Below, one piece after another: positions 9,447 through 19,585 of a DNA stretch of 64,000 nt. The DNA comes from an uncultured Pirellula sp. (GTDB lineage Bacteria > Planctomycetota > Planctomycetia > Pirellulales > Pirellulaceae), in contig CAIYZV010000104.1 in the NCBI GenBank assembly GCA_903930765.1, forward strand, positions 539-64,538, in the 5' to 3' direction. The position numbers were made by a program, and so were the translations under genes. Under the pieces are notes generated by a model, which was not told the origin of the DNA, searched no databases, and saw nothing but the letters and a program-made list of their open reading frames with translations. Positions within the stretch are counted from its first letter, which is position 1; every line of letters begins with the position of its first letter.

Positions 9447-10622
9447 ATGCAAATGATGCTTACCTTTTCCCGTCTAGCAAAGATGGCGGTTGCAACAACC
9501 GCCGTTGTTTCTTGTTTGTTCTTCCAAGGTCTGCATTCGACGAGAACACTGTCGGCTGCGGAGTTCTCGAGTAATAACACGATGACGATTGAAAAGAAAC
9601 CTTTCGGTAAAACGGCCGACGGAAAAGAAGTCACGCTCTACACGCTGACCAACGCGTCAGGCAACACCATCCAAATGATCGACTACGGAGCGATCGTGGT
9701 GTCGGTCAACGTTCCCGACAAATCTGGCAAGCGAGTCAACGTGACGGCAGGATTCGACTCGATCGATGGCTACCTGCAACGGCATCCCTACTTTGGTTCC
9801 ACCGTCGGTCGATTCTGCAACCGTATCGCGAAAGGAAAGTTTTCGCTCGACGGAAAGACCTACTCGCTGGCAATCAACAATGGGCCTAACCATCTTCATG
9901 GCGGCGAAGTTGGATTCGACAAAAAGATGTGGCAAGTCACCGAGTTGAATGCGGACGGCAGCGTCGGGCTCAAGTTCACCTTGGTCAGCCCGGACGGTGA
10001 TGAAGGCTACCCAGGAGCATTGACCACCGTCGCTGAATACATCTGGGATAACCAAAACCGGTTGACACTAAACCTCCAAGCGACCACCGACAAGCCGACC
10101 GTGGTGAACTTGACCAACCATGCCTACTTCAATCTGAGTGGGCCTGGCTCAGGTACGATTCACAACCATGAGTTGACCCTCTCCTGCGATCAGTACCTTC
10201 CGGTCGACGAGAACATGATCCCAACCGGGCAATTGGCTTCGGTAACTGGAACCCCACTCGACTTTGTCGCGCCGCACAAAATCGGCGAACGGATTGCAGA
10301 ACTCAAAGCCACCAACGGCTACGACCATTGCTTTGTCGTTCGCGGGAAAGCCGGTGAACTCCGTCCAACGGCAAAGGTTGTGGACCCAGCAAGTGGTCGG
10401 ACGATGGAAATCCAAACCACCCAACCCGGCGTGCAACTGTACACGGGAAATTTCTTGGCTGGCACTCCAGGCAACGCCAACTACAAGGTGCACGAAGCAT
10501 TTTGCTTGGAGACACAGCACTACCCAGACGCACCGAACCAACCTGCGTTCCCAACCACCGTGCTGAAACCGGGCGAAACGTTCCGCGAAGTCACCACGTT
10601 TACGTTCGGCGTTGCAAAGTAA
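9447..10622 (+). CDS. galM: aldose 1-epimerase (galactose mutarotase), exported
   Basis: HLHGG, NLTNHAYFNL, ETQHYPDAPN motifs; ATG 9447 gives a signal-peptide-like N-terminus (track start 9282 overlaps upstream gene). Confidence 0.9.
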   Translation: MQMMLTFSRLAKMAVATTAVVSCLFFQGLHSTRTLSAAEFSSNNTMTIEKKPFGKTADGKEVTLYTLTNASGNTIQMIDYGAIVVSVNVPDKSGKRVNVTAGFDSIDGYLQRHPYFGSTVGRFCNRIAKGKFSLDGKTYSLAINNGPNHLHGGEVGFDKKMWQVTELNADGSVGLKFTLVSPDGDEGYPGALTTVAEYIWDNQNRLTLNLQATTDKPTVVNLTNHAYFNLSGPGSGTIHNHELTLSCDQYLPVDENMIPTGQLASVTGTPLDFVAPHKIGERIAELKATNGYDHCFVVRGKAGELRPTAKVVDPASGRTMEIQTTQPGVQLYTGNFLAGTPGNANYKVHEAFCLETQHYPDAPNQPAFPTTVLKPGETFREVTTFTFGVAK

Positions 10623-10636
10623 GGGCCACAGGGTCC

Positions 10637-13105
10637 ATGCGTACACCACGCCCTTCCAACCAATCCAATCATAGCCCCGCGCGGGGATTCCCCGCGCGGG
10701 GCTTTTTGCTTGACCTCGCTGCAGGGATCGCAACCGTCATGACACTTACTGCTGGCAATTTGTCCCAGGCTCAAACAAGCTATCTGCTCCCACCCAAAGA
10801 AATTGTTGACATCATCGATGTTCAACCGGACCCAGCAATCGTATGGAGTTCCGACGCCAAATGGGGTGTGATGGCGGAGCGAAACGCCATGCCCGACGTT
10901 GCCGATCTGGCGCGTCGAATGCTCCCCCTCGCCGGCACCCGAATCGATCCAGCAGCCAACGGGCGATTCCAAACCGAATTTTACCACGGGCTCCTTCTTC
11001 GAAACCGAGAGGGAGATTCCGTCGTGCGGATACCCATCGAGCCCGATGCAAGGATAGGTTCGATCTCGTGGTCTCACCGATCGAATGTTTTCGTCTTTAC
11101 AAAAATCACCGATGGCGGAACCGAGCTTTGGCATGTCGATGTCAACAAACCTACCAACCCCGTTCGCTTGACCGATCGATTATCGACTGTCTTGCAAGGG
11201 ATCGACTGGACGCCGAGTGGACAAAGTGTCGTCTGCGGCGTGGTGCCTAAGAACCGAGGCCCAGAACCCAAACCACCTGCAGTTCCCGAGGGGCCGATCA
11301 TTCAGGAGTCTACCGGCACCAAAGCCCCAGCGCGGACCTACCAAGACCTTCTCAGCAATGCGTATGACGAGCAATTGTTCGAATACTATGCCACGTCGCA
11401 AATCGCTATCGTTGCACCGGGACAACCTGAACTATTGGTTGGAGAACCTGGCCTGATCGATTTCGCTGCGATTTCACCCGATGGTGATCATCTATTGATC
11501 ACGCGACTCAAGAAACCGTTCTCGTACCAATTTCCATCGGACTACTTTCCGCGCACCATCGACGTCATCCGTTTGGATGGATCCGTCCAATACCGTGTTG
11601 CGGATGTTCCATTGGCAGAGAACATTCCGATCGAAGGCGTGCGTACGGGACCTCGCTCGATCCAATGGTGGCCTGGCTTCCCGGCCCGATTGCTTTGGAC
11701 CGAAGCGCTCGATGGCGGAGATCCCAAGAACAAGGTTGAACATCGGGAACAATTGTCGTTCATCGATGCTCCTTACAAATCCGCGGCTAGTCCACTTTTG
11801 AAACTAAAACATCGATTCAGCGGTCTCACCTTCTTTGCCAAATCGAAGTTGGTAATGACAACGGAGCTCGACCGGGACCGCCGTTGGACGACATCGCTCC
11901 TACACGATCTCGACTCGCCCAATGGATCACCCAAGGTGTTTATCGATCGCAGTGTTCGCGATCGGTATGGCGATCCCGGACGTGTGCTGGTCAAACCGGA
12001 TGCCAAGGGGTTTTCGATCGCGAAACAAACGGGCGACTGGATTTTGATGGCGGGTGTCGGTGCGACGCCCGAAGGTAACCGACCGTTCCTTGACCGTCGC
12101 GATTTAAACACGCTGAATACTGAACGATTGTGGCGATGTTCTGCCGACCACTCCGAAAACGTTGCGTCGTTGGTCGAGTTCGATGGGGATGAGTTGCTGG
12201 TGGTCACCCGGCGCGAGAACCTCACTGAACCACCGAACTATTTCCTCAAGGATCTCAAGCGCAACGAAGAGAAACGCTTGACCCACTTTCTAGACCCAAC
12301 CCCGCAATTGCGAGGTATCAAGAAACAGATTGTTAAGTACCAGCGAGCGGATGGCGTCCCGCTGTCGGCGACGTTGTACTTGCCAGCAGACCACAAGGAA
12401 GGTGAGCGGCTACCTCTGATCGTATGGGCGTACCCGCTCGAGTTCAACGACGCCAGCACGGCGGGACAGATTTCCGCGAATCCCAATGAGTTCACGCGGA
12501 TTGGAGGAACCAGCCACTTGTCGCTGTTGACCCAAGGGTATGCGATCCTGGATGACGCGACGATGCCGGTCATCGGCGATCCCGAAACCATGAACGATAC
12601 CTTTATCGAACAGATCGTCGGAGCGGCCAAGGCGGCTATCGATCATGCGGTGGAGTTGGGGGTAGCGGATCGCAATCGCGTCGGCGTCGGAGGGCATAGT
12701 TACGGCGCCTTCATGACGGCGAATTTGCTGGCGCATAGCGATTTGTTCAAAGCGGGTGTCGCCAGGAGCGGCGCCTACAATCGGACGCTCACACCGTTCG
12801 GTTTTCAATCGGAACGCCGACCGCTTTGGGAAGCCAAAGACGTTTATGCTTCGGTTTCCCCATTCATGTTTGCGGATCGGATCAAGACGCCGATTTTGTT
12901 TATCCACGGCGAAAACGATAACAATTCGGGGACCTTTCCGATCCAGTCGCAGAGGATGTTCCAAGCGGTCAAGGGGAACGGAGGGATTGCGAGACTGGTG
13001 ATGCTCCCTTACGAAAGCCACGGGTACCGAGGCCGCCAATCGGTGCTGCACACGCAATCAGAAATGCTGAACTGGTTCAACCAGTACGTGCGTGACGCCA
13101 AGTAA
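10637..13105 (+). CDS. S9 family serine peptidase (prolyl oligopeptidase/dipeptidyl peptidase type) with N-terminal propeller
   Basis: GGHSYGAF nucleophile elbow, C-terminal alpha/beta hydrolase pattern; start uncertain (ATG 10637 vs ATG 10739 downstream of hairpin). Confidence 0.85.
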   Translation: MRTPRPSNQSNHSPARGFPARGFLLDLAAGIATVMTLTAGNLSQAQTSYLLPPKEIVDIIDVQPDPAIVWSSDAKWGVMAERNAMPDVADLARRMLPLAGTRIDPAANGRFQTEFYHGLLLRNREGDSVVRIPIEPDARIGSISWSHRSNVFVFTKITDGGTELWHVDVNKPTNPVRLTDRLSTVLQGIDWTPSGQSVVCGVVPKNRGPEPKPPAVPEGPIIQESTGTKAPARTYQDLLSNAYDEQLFEYYATSQIAIVAPGQPELLVGEPGLIDFAAISPDGDHLLITRLKKPFSYQFPSDYFPRTIDVIRLDGSVQYRVADVPLAENIPIEGVRTGPRSIQWWPGFPARLLWTEALDGGDPKNKVEHREQLSFIDAPYKSAASPLLKLKHRFSGLTFFAKSKLVMTTELDRDRRWTTSLLHDLDSPNGSPKVFIDRSVRDRYGDPGRVLVKPDAKGFSIAKQTGDWILMAGVGATPEGNRPFLDRRDLNTLNTERLWRCSADHSENVASLVEFDGDELLVVTRRENLTEPPNYFLKDLKRNEEKRLTHFLDPTPQLRGIKKQIVKYQRADGVPLSATLYLPADHKEGERLPLIVWAYPLEFNDASTAGQISANPNEFTRIGGTSHLSLLTQGYAILDDATMPVIGDPETMNDTFIEQIVGAAKAAIDHAVELGVADRNRVGVGGHSYGAFMTANLLAHSDLFKAGVARSGAYNRTLTPFGFQSERRPLWEAKDVYASVSPFMFADRIKTPILFIHGENDNNSGTFPIQSQRMFQAVKGNGGIARLVMLPYESHGYRGRQSVLHTQSEMLNWFNQYVRDAK
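10673..10707 (+). terminator. GC-rich hairpin (duplicated self-complementary CCCCGCGCGGGG) followed by T5; possible galM terminator
   Basis: AGCCCCGCGCGGGGAttCCCCGCGCGGGGCTTTTT read directly, 50 nt after galM stop; conflicts with peptidase ATG at 10637. Confidence 0.45.
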
Positions 13106-13527
13106 TCGGCCCCAATCGCGTTATCAGAAACCCGAGCCACGCGTGTGAGCAAGTGGCGACTGGACCCTAGAGCCCGATATCCCCCGATACTAGTCATGAT
13201 CAACATGTTGGAACGAGCAGACCCCCAGCGTTCCTCCACCCGGCGCTCACGCTTAGGGCTCCGATGAGATTCGCTTTGCGAATCAAATCTGTTTGGCAGC
13301 ACCACGCCTTGGAATCGGCGATCGAATAAAAAAAAGGCATCTCGAAAATAATTGGTTCTGCGTGACCGAACGTGTCCCGAGCATCGCGATATTTATGGTA
13401 CTCGCGGCGACGGATCGATCTCCCCGCCCTTGACGCTGCTCCCCTCGCAGCAACAAGGCGTCACACTCCTCAACGCGATGCGGTCCCCGAATCTACTGAA
13501 AGCAAACCATTCACGGAGGAAACCAAC

Positions 13528-13851
13528 ATGCCAAAGTTTTACGTTCAGAGCGGATCCTTGCGAGCGGTCATCCACAGCGCTGACCAGCGACGAGCCGCAT
13601 TATGGGTGATCCAGCGTGCGATGGATCCAATCCTTCCCGAGGAGCATGAAGAAGTTTTGGTCGGTTCCGTCGGCGAATGCAATCCGCCTGAGGTTAATTC
13701 ACCCAATGATTTTGTCGCACTCGGCCCCGCGATCTTTCTGAGCGAAGTCGGGTTTGATCGAGAGGACGCGACGCAATTCGATACGCTCGCGATGTTCAGC
13801 CAATGGCACGACCTGGTTCGAGCCATCGATCAGATCGCTTGTTTGGTTTAA
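13528..13851 (+). CDS. hypothetical protein
   Basis: 107 aa from ATG preceded by GGAGGA 7 nt upstream; track ORF starts earlier (13372); no family recognised. Confidence 0.5.
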   Translation: MPKFYVQSGSLRAVIHSADQRRAALWVIQRAMDPILPEEHEEVLVGSVGECNPPEVNSPNDFVALGPAIFLSEVGFDREDATQFDTLAMFSQWHDLVRAIDQIACLV

Positions 13852-13894
13852 TCACCCGAGCGGAACCAAGCCAGGCACAAACGGCATACGCCAA

Positions 13895-14758
13895 TTACAA
13901 ACGGCAGTTGTTGATGGAGAACTCAAGGATCGCGAGGGCGCCGAGCTGCTCCAGTTTTTCCATGATCGGAATTACATCGCTCCGCTTCACCATGGCTCGA
14001 ACAGCACACCATGCAGGATCTTCCAAACTGGTAACCGTCGGCGACGTGAACCCCGGCGTGATCGCCTCGGCAGACGCCAGCTTCTCGCGAGGTATGTTGT
14101 ACTCCAGGAGCGAATAATCGCGAGCGATGACGACCCCTTCCAGTCGCCGTACGATCCGATCCGCGGTCGTGGCATCCCGGCACTTGGGACTCTGGATCAA
14201 TACCGTCTCATAGTGCCCGATGTTCTCAAGGATTCGCAGTTGGTTCGCGGCGAGCGTACTGCCGGTTTCGACCAAGTCGACGATGGCATCGGCCACCCCA
14301 AGCGAAATCATGACTTCGACCGAACCGTTCAGATTGACTAAATGAACAGGTGCATTGTGCTTGTTTAAAAAGTTTCGTGTCGTGTTCGGAAAACTCGTCG
14401 CCACACGCTTGCCCGCGAGGTCCTCAGGCTTCTGATACGGAGATGTCGTCGGAACACAGATCGCCAGTCGGCAGCGACCGACTCCCAACTTCATGCGCAC
14501 ATCGACCGAGACTTCGGCCTCTTCCAATAGATCGCTGCCGGTGATGCCGAGGTCGATTGCTCCTTCGGCGCACAATGTTGGGATGTCATCGGTCCGCAGG
14601 AACGTTATATCGGCGGGAATGCCGCTAACCCGCGCGAACAACGCTCGCTCTTGACGCCGAAACGACAATCCCGCTTGCTGCAGCAACTCCATAGCCAATT
14701 CGCTCAAGCGGCCTTTGCTGGGAACACCGATGCGTAACAAATTATCACTGAGGCTCAT
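13895..14758 (-). CDS. hisG: ATP phosphoribosyltransferase, long form
   Basis: N-terminus MSLSDNLLRIGVPSKGRLSE, C-terminal regulatory domain present; ATG 14758 overlaps hisE stop by 14 nt. Confidence 0.92.
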   Translation of the reverse strand: MSLSDNLLRIGVPSKGRLSELAMELLQQAGLSFRRQERALFARVSGIPADITFLRTDDIPTLCAEGAIDLGITGSDLLEEAEVSVDVRMKLGVGRCRLAICVPTTSPYQKPEDLAGKRVATSFPNTTRNFLNKHNAPVHLVNLNGSVEVMISLGVADAIVDLVETGSTLAANQLRILENIGHYETVLIQSPKCRDATTADRIVRRLEGVVIARDYSLLEYNIPREKLASAEAITPGFTSPTVTSLEDPAWCAVRAMVKRSDVIPIMEKLEQLGALAILEFSINNCRL

Positions 14759-15095
14759 TGGTTTTCCCCAAAGTTCGATTGGCCTTTTCTTGAAGTCCTG
14801 ATACACCCTCGCGACGTTCCAACTCAGTCCGCAAATCGTCGATGGTAATGCCTCGACTCGCCATCAAGACCATCAAGTGGAACACGACGTCGCAGGCCTC
14901 TCGAAGGGTGTGTTGACGCCCCTCATCCCCAGGTTCCGCCGCTGCTTCGATTACCTCGGCCGCTTCCTCGCGAAGCTTCTCCCCCATTTTTGGAATTCCA
15001 CCACGAAGCAGTTTGGTCGTGTAGGATCCTTCGGGTAACAAAGTGGCTCGTTCAAGCAGCTGAGCCATGAGTCGGTCTAGGATATCGTCGCGCAT
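14745..15095 (-). CDS. hisE: phosphoribosyl-ATP pyrophosphohydrolase
   Basis: 116 aa MazG-like helical protein, LREEAAEVIEAA / EACDVVFHLMVL motifs. Confidence 0.9.
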   Translation of the reverse strand: MRDDILDRLMAQLLERATLLPEGSYTTKLLRGGIPKMGEKLREEAAEVIEAAAEPGDEGRQHTLREACDVVFHLMVLMASRGITIDDLRTELERREGVSGLQEKANRTLGKTNEPQ

Positions 15096-15259
15096 GGTTG
15101 TCCAAAGTTTGGTTCTGGTGAGTGTCCAAATGCGGACGAACCCACGTTTTGCTGCAAAATCCTAGGCATTCCCATCCGTTTTGTCGATTCCAACTACTTG
15201 GCCTGTTGCTAAACTGAAGTGGAACTCGACGAGGAAAGCACGGCTAGAGGTGAACCGGT

Positions 15260-16234
15260 ATGTCCCCTGAGCAAATTGAAGCCTGGATCCAAAAACCATT
15301 GGAAAATGCGGTCTTTTTGACGGGTCCGACCGCTTCGGGTAAAAGCGAAGTCGCACTCGAAGTGGCCGATCGTCTGGGTGCGGAAATCATTTCGGTCGAT
15401 TCGATGGCGGTCTACCGCGGGATGGATATCGGGACGGCGAAACCATCGGTCGAGGCACAGCAGCGGGTCCCGCACCACCTGATCGATTTGGTAGACCCAA
15501 CCATCGACTACAGTGTCTCGCAGTTTGTCATCGACGCCCATCGCCGAGCCGGCGAGATCCGCTCTCGCGGCAACCGCGTTCTGTTGGTCGGCGGTACCCC
15601 TCTGTATTTGAAATCCTTGCTCTGCGGTATGTTCCAAGGCCCACCCGCCGATTGGGAATTTCGAAACGCGGTCCAAGCGGACATCGAGACGTACGGCCTG
15701 GATGCACTCCGCGAACGGCTCTACCAAGTCGACCCCCTCTCGGCGCACAAAATCCTTCCGGGGGACTCACGCCGAATGGTACGGGCTTTGGAGGTCGCAA
15801 AAATCACAGGATCGCCACTGAGCCACTGGCAGACTCAGTTCGAGCGATTCTCTATCCCGAAATCAAGCCATGCGATCGTTCTGGTCTGGGACCGAAGCTC
15901 CCTGCACCAACGGGTAGAGCAACGTGTCGACCGGATGTTCGAGCGAGGATTGCTCGACGAAGTTCGACAACTGAGGAGCAAATACGGGCAACTCGGCAGG
16001 ACCGCATCGCAAGCAGTCGGGTACAAGGAACCGATGGAATTCCTCGAAGGTAAACTGCTGGAAAAGGATATGGTCGATCAGGTCAAAGCCCATACACGGC
16101 AATTTGTACGCCGCCAGGAAATCTGGTTTCGCTCGATGCCGGGGATGACTCGGATTCCCATCGGTTCCGATCGGGATCTCGGGGCTGCACCTCACGCGAT
16201 CGCGTCAGCGTTGGAAGATCGGCAAGTAGCCTAA
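15260..16234 (+). CDS. miaA: tRNA dimethylallyltransferase
   Basis: P-loop GPTASGKS, SVDSMAVYRGMDIGTAKP, RQ..W motif. Confidence 0.93.
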   Translation: MSPEQIEAWIQKPLENAVFLTGPTASGKSEVALEVADRLGAEIISVDSMAVYRGMDIGTAKPSVEAQQRVPHHLIDLVDPTIDYSVSQFVIDAHRRAGEIRSRGNRVLLVGGTPLYLKSLLCGMFQGPPADWEFRNAVQADIETYGLDALRERLYQVDPLSAHKILPGDSRRMVRALEVAKITGSPLSHWQTQFERFSIPKSSHAIVLVWDRSSLHQRVEQRVDRMFERGLLDEVRQLRSKYGQLGRTASQAVGYKEPMEFLEGKLLEKDMVDQVKAHTRQFVRRQEIWFRSMPGMTRIPIGSDRDLGAAPHAIASALEDRQVA

Positions 16235-17302
16235 ATCGAGTTGCAGCATGATTAGATTGCATGCTGAAATGTAGATGTCGTGGATCTGCCCATCCCATGA
16301 ACCATCGGCTGTCTGCATCCCTTCAATTTGGGTGTAGAGCCGATCTCGGAACGGAAGCCACTCTTCGTCCCCTTGGCGATAGACGACTTGGCTGTAATAC
16401 AAGTACGTGTAGTGCCAATGCCCGAACGCATCGTCGACCCGTTTAATGTCGTATAGTTCCTTGCGACTGTAACTCAACATCTCCGGAACCTTTTTGCTCT
16501 CGTAGTCCCCTGCGTTGTAGAGAGCGGCCAAGCTCGCCGCTGTGATTGCAGGTCGCGAGCTGCCCATTTGTTGGCTTGAGTAACTGATCCCGCCATCGGG
16601 ATTTTGGCATTTGTAGATGTAACGCTTGGCGGATTCGATGATCTCACCCGGTACGGCAATCCCCGCATTGCGACAACCTCGCAACCCTTGCACCTGGGTG
16701 ATGGTCGTTGAGCCTTCATCGTAGTCTTGGCCATCTTTGGCACTGATATAGCCCCATCCGCCCGCTGGCGTTTGCGCCCGACCGCAGAACGAAACAGCGC
16801 GATTCAAGGCATCGACGAGGTCATCTCTACGGTCTTGCAGTCCCTCCTCGCCGAGCACTTGCGACAGGAACAGCATGGAGAATCCGTGCCCATAGGTGTA
16901 CCGCTGATCGTTGTCCGGGTCTCCGATCAAACCATTCTTGCGGGACTGCCCGAGCAAATAATCGGTGGTTCGGCTCAATTGCTTGGCGTAGGGGCCTTGG
17001 GTGACAGTCGATCCGCTGCACAGTAACGCCAACCCGGCAAGCGCCGAAACCGCCACAGGATATGGTGGCGTGTTCCATTGCCCACGCGAGGATTGGGTCC
17101 GAGCGAGATAGTCCAAACCCCGTCGCGTGGCCGATTCCCATTTTGGATTTCGGCCAGAACCATTGGTCAGCAGAGCAGAGTTCGCCATCAGACGCCCACC
17201 CACGACCCCTTGGGACGCCAATCCGGTAGCCGCCAATCCGGTAGCCAATGAGCTACGGAGGAAATGGCGTCTGGATTGGATCGATGGTTGCGAAGGGGTC
17301 AT
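16205..17302 (-). CDS. Tat-exported prenyltransferase/squalene-oxidase-repeat (terpenoid cyclase-like) protein
   Basis: Twin-arginine signal SRRHFLRSS; repeated GGWGY / DGGISY / DGSWDG alpha-alpha-toroid repeats. Confidence 0.8.
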   Translation of the reverse strand: MTPSQPSIQSRRHFLRSSLATGLAATGLASQGVVGGRLMANSALLTNGSGRNPKWESATRRGLDYLARTQSSRGQWNTPPYPVAVSALAGLALLCSGSTVTQGPYAKQLSRTTDYLLGQSRKNGLIGDPDNDQRYTYGHGFSMLFLSQVLGEEGLQDRRDDLVDALNRAVSFCGRAQTPAGGWGYISAKDGQDYDEGSTTITQVQGLRGCRNAGIAVPGEIIESAKRYIYKCQNPDGGISYSSQQMGSSRPAITAASLAALYNAGDYESKKVPEMLSYSRKELYDIKRVDDAFGHWHYTYLYYSQVVYRQGDEEWLPFRDRLYTQIEGMQTADGSWDGQIHDIYISACNLIMLQLDLGYLPIFQR

Positions 17303-17328
17303 GCTGTCTCTTTGTTGCTACGGCTGCG

Positions 17329-17369
17329 TGTGTGCGTGGACGGTTGTGTGCGTTGACGGGTGTGTCACG
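17329..17369. repeat. GT-rich 16-bp tandem repeat, 2.5 copies (TGTGTGCGTGGACGGT)
   Basis: Read directly; lies 27-67 bp upstream of the ATG at 17302. Confidence 0.85.
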
Positions 17370-17398
17370 CTGAATTGTATGCCGCAATCGATACTCGG

Positions 17399-18340
17399 CT
17401 ACGAACTCGCTTCCGCGAACAACGGTGTCGATAGATAACGTTCACCGAGACTGCACATGATGGTCACGATCCGTTTCCCCTTCCACTCAGGACGCATTGC
17501 GAGTTGAGCTGCAGCCCACATGTTCGCTCCGCTGCTGATACCTGCCATGATTCCTTCTTGTCGATGCAGTTTGCGTCCCCATTCGAATGCCAATTCGTCG
17601 TCGACTTGAATCACTTCGTCGATGAGCGAGGTGTCCAAATTCTTCGGCACGAAACCCGCCCCGATCCCTTGAATACGATGCTTGCCCGGTTGGCCGCCAC
17701 TGATCACCGGCGACTGCTTGGGCTCAACCGCAATCGCCTTAAAATTGGGATTGAGTTTCTTGATGTAGCGAGCGACACCTGTGATCGTCCCACCCGTTCC
17801 AACTCCGGCGACGATTGCGTCGATATTACCTGCGGTATCGGCCCAAATCTCGGGGCCCGTGGTGCGTTCGTGAACTGCAGGGTTTGCGGGGTTCTCAAAC
17901 TGCTGAGGCATCCAGCCATGGCTATCGGCAGCGACCAACTCGTTGGCCTTGGAAATCGCTCCACGCATCCCTTCGGCGGCGGGAGTGAGAACCAGATTTG
18001 CCCCCAAAGCTTTCAGCAATGCACGTCGCTCGATCGACATCGACTCCGGCATCGTCAACGTCAAACGATAACCTTTGGCTGCGCAAACAAACGCCAAGGC
18101 AATTCCTGTGTTGCCGCTGGTGGGCTCGATGATGTGAGTGTCAGGTTTGAGGCGGCCACTCTTCTCCGCATCCTCCACCATCGCCAACCCGATCCGGTCC
18201 TTGACACTCTTCAGCGGATTGAAAAACTCACACTTCGCAAAAACCGTCGCGGCGTCCGGAGGCAGGAGTCGATTGATACGGATCATCGGGGTGTTGCCTA
18301 CACTCTCAACAATGTTATCAAGGGTTTTTCCTACTGGCAT
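17399..18340 (-). CDS. cysK: cysteine synthase A (O-acetylserine sulfhydrylase)
   Basis: PLP-lysine motif NPLKSVKDRIG, GTGGTITG loop, 313 aa. Confidence 0.93.
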   Translation of the reverse strand: MPVGKTLDNIVESVGNTPMIRINRLLPPDAATVFAKCEFFNPLKSVKDRIGLAMVEDAEKSGRLKPDTHIIEPTSGNTGIALAFVCAAKGYRLTLTMPESMSIERRALLKALGANLVLTPAAEGMRGAISKANELVAADSHGWMPQQFENPANPAVHERTTGPEIWADTAGNIDAIVAGVGTGGTITGVARYIKKLNPNFKAIAVEPKQSPVISGGQPGKHRIQGIGAGFVPKNLDTSLIDEVIQVDDELAFEWGRKLHRQEGIMAGISSGANMWAAAQLAMRPEWKGKRIVTIMCSLGERYLSTPLFAEASS

Positions 18341-18520
18341 GGTGGCTACGGCTCTCTGATTTCTAATGAAGTTGAATCGGATGAAAGATCATTCGGAGGG
18401 CCCTCGCATCGTTCGAGGTCCTCGCATCTGCTCCTGTAGTGTAACGATTTTCAGAGTCGACGCCCACATCGGCTACCCGCTCGCATCGATTCCCGTCAGC
18501 AATTTATTTCCAGCGTGGCA

Positions 18521-19585
18521 CTAGTCCAAAATGCGTCGGATTCGCTCGGCCGCTACCCCTGGATTCTCTGCTCCCCAGACTGCGGAACTGACCGCTACGC
18601 GAGAGAACCCCGTATCGAGCACTTCCTGCAAATTGCCTGCATGGATTCCACCTATCGCATATGCTGGGATCGCCGGGTTATATTCCGACAGAACGGCGTG
18701 TGCTTCGCGAAGGAATCGCGTTCCCGAAAATTCGTGGAAGGACTTGGTATTGGAAGGGAAGGTTGGGCCACAACCCATGTAGTCCACACGTTGCTCCATG
18801 GCCCTGCGGACTTGGCCGACATCATGGGTGGACCAACCAACGATTTTGTGGGAGCCCAACAAGGCTGCTGCGTCCCGCGGTGGAATGTCCTCTTGCCCGA
18901 CATGGACTCCCCACGCATCCGTGACCTGCGCTAAATCCACACGATCATTGATGATCACTCGGGTCAGACTCGCATCCAATGCTTCGATCGCGTTTCGCGA
19001 GTATGCGATCAACGTCTCAGCCGATGATTGTTTGTCGCGGATTTGGATCAAGCTGACCCCTGCGGCCGAGATTTGTCGAAGCCGATCAACGAATTGCTTT
19101 ATGGGAAGTTGGCAATCGACCAAGACATACAATTTGGCTCGTCCGAAAAACGATCCATCGCGTGCGAGTGCCAATCGAAGTTTTGCGTTGGTGTCGTAGA
19201 CCCGATAACGGATACTCTCGATAGCCCCCGCAGAACCTGGGTATGCGAACTTCGCCGTTTCCTCGAGCACCCTCAGACCTTGCTCCACGCGTCCCGACGC
19301 ACTTGCAGCGATCGCGTCCAAACCGTTCGATCGATCCCGTTCAGCAGCTGTCTTTTGAGTCCGCCCGACATCTTCGTCCGCATTCCTAGCCGCCAGCATA
19401 CCGTTGGAATCCCACCCGCTCGAGGCTTCCAACAAGGTATGCCGGTACCCTTTGTAGGCAGCCTGAAGTTCCGGAAAGCTGTGAAAGCGAGCAAGATCCT
19501 CTAGGGTTCTTAAGCCTTCGAGAACTCGGTTCCGATTTGCGTCAAGGATTCGCAGTGCGACGGATCGCTGGGAGGTTTCACTCAT
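18521..19585 (-). CDS. thiE: thiamine-phosphate synthase with ~140-aa N-terminal extension
   Basis: C-terminal ThiE TIM barrel pattern (YVLVD, IQIRDK, GGI); 354 aa. Confidence 0.85.
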   Translation of the reverse strand: MSETSQRSVALRILDANRNRVLEGLRTLEDLARFHSFPELQAAYKGYRHTLLEASSGWDSNGMLAARNADEDVGRTQKTAAERDRSNGLDAIAASASGRVEQGLRVLEETAKFAYPGSAGAIESIRYRVYDTNAKLRLALARDGSFFGRAKLYVLVDCQLPIKQFVDRLRQISAAGVSLIQIRDKQSSAETLIAYSRNAIEALDASLTRVIINDRVDLAQVTDAWGVHVGQEDIPPRDAAALLGSHKIVGWSTHDVGQVRRAMEQRVDYMGCGPTFPSNTKSFHEFSGTRFLREAHAVLSEYNPAIPAYAIGGIHAGNLQEVLDTGFSRVAVSSAVWGAENPGVAAERIRRILD

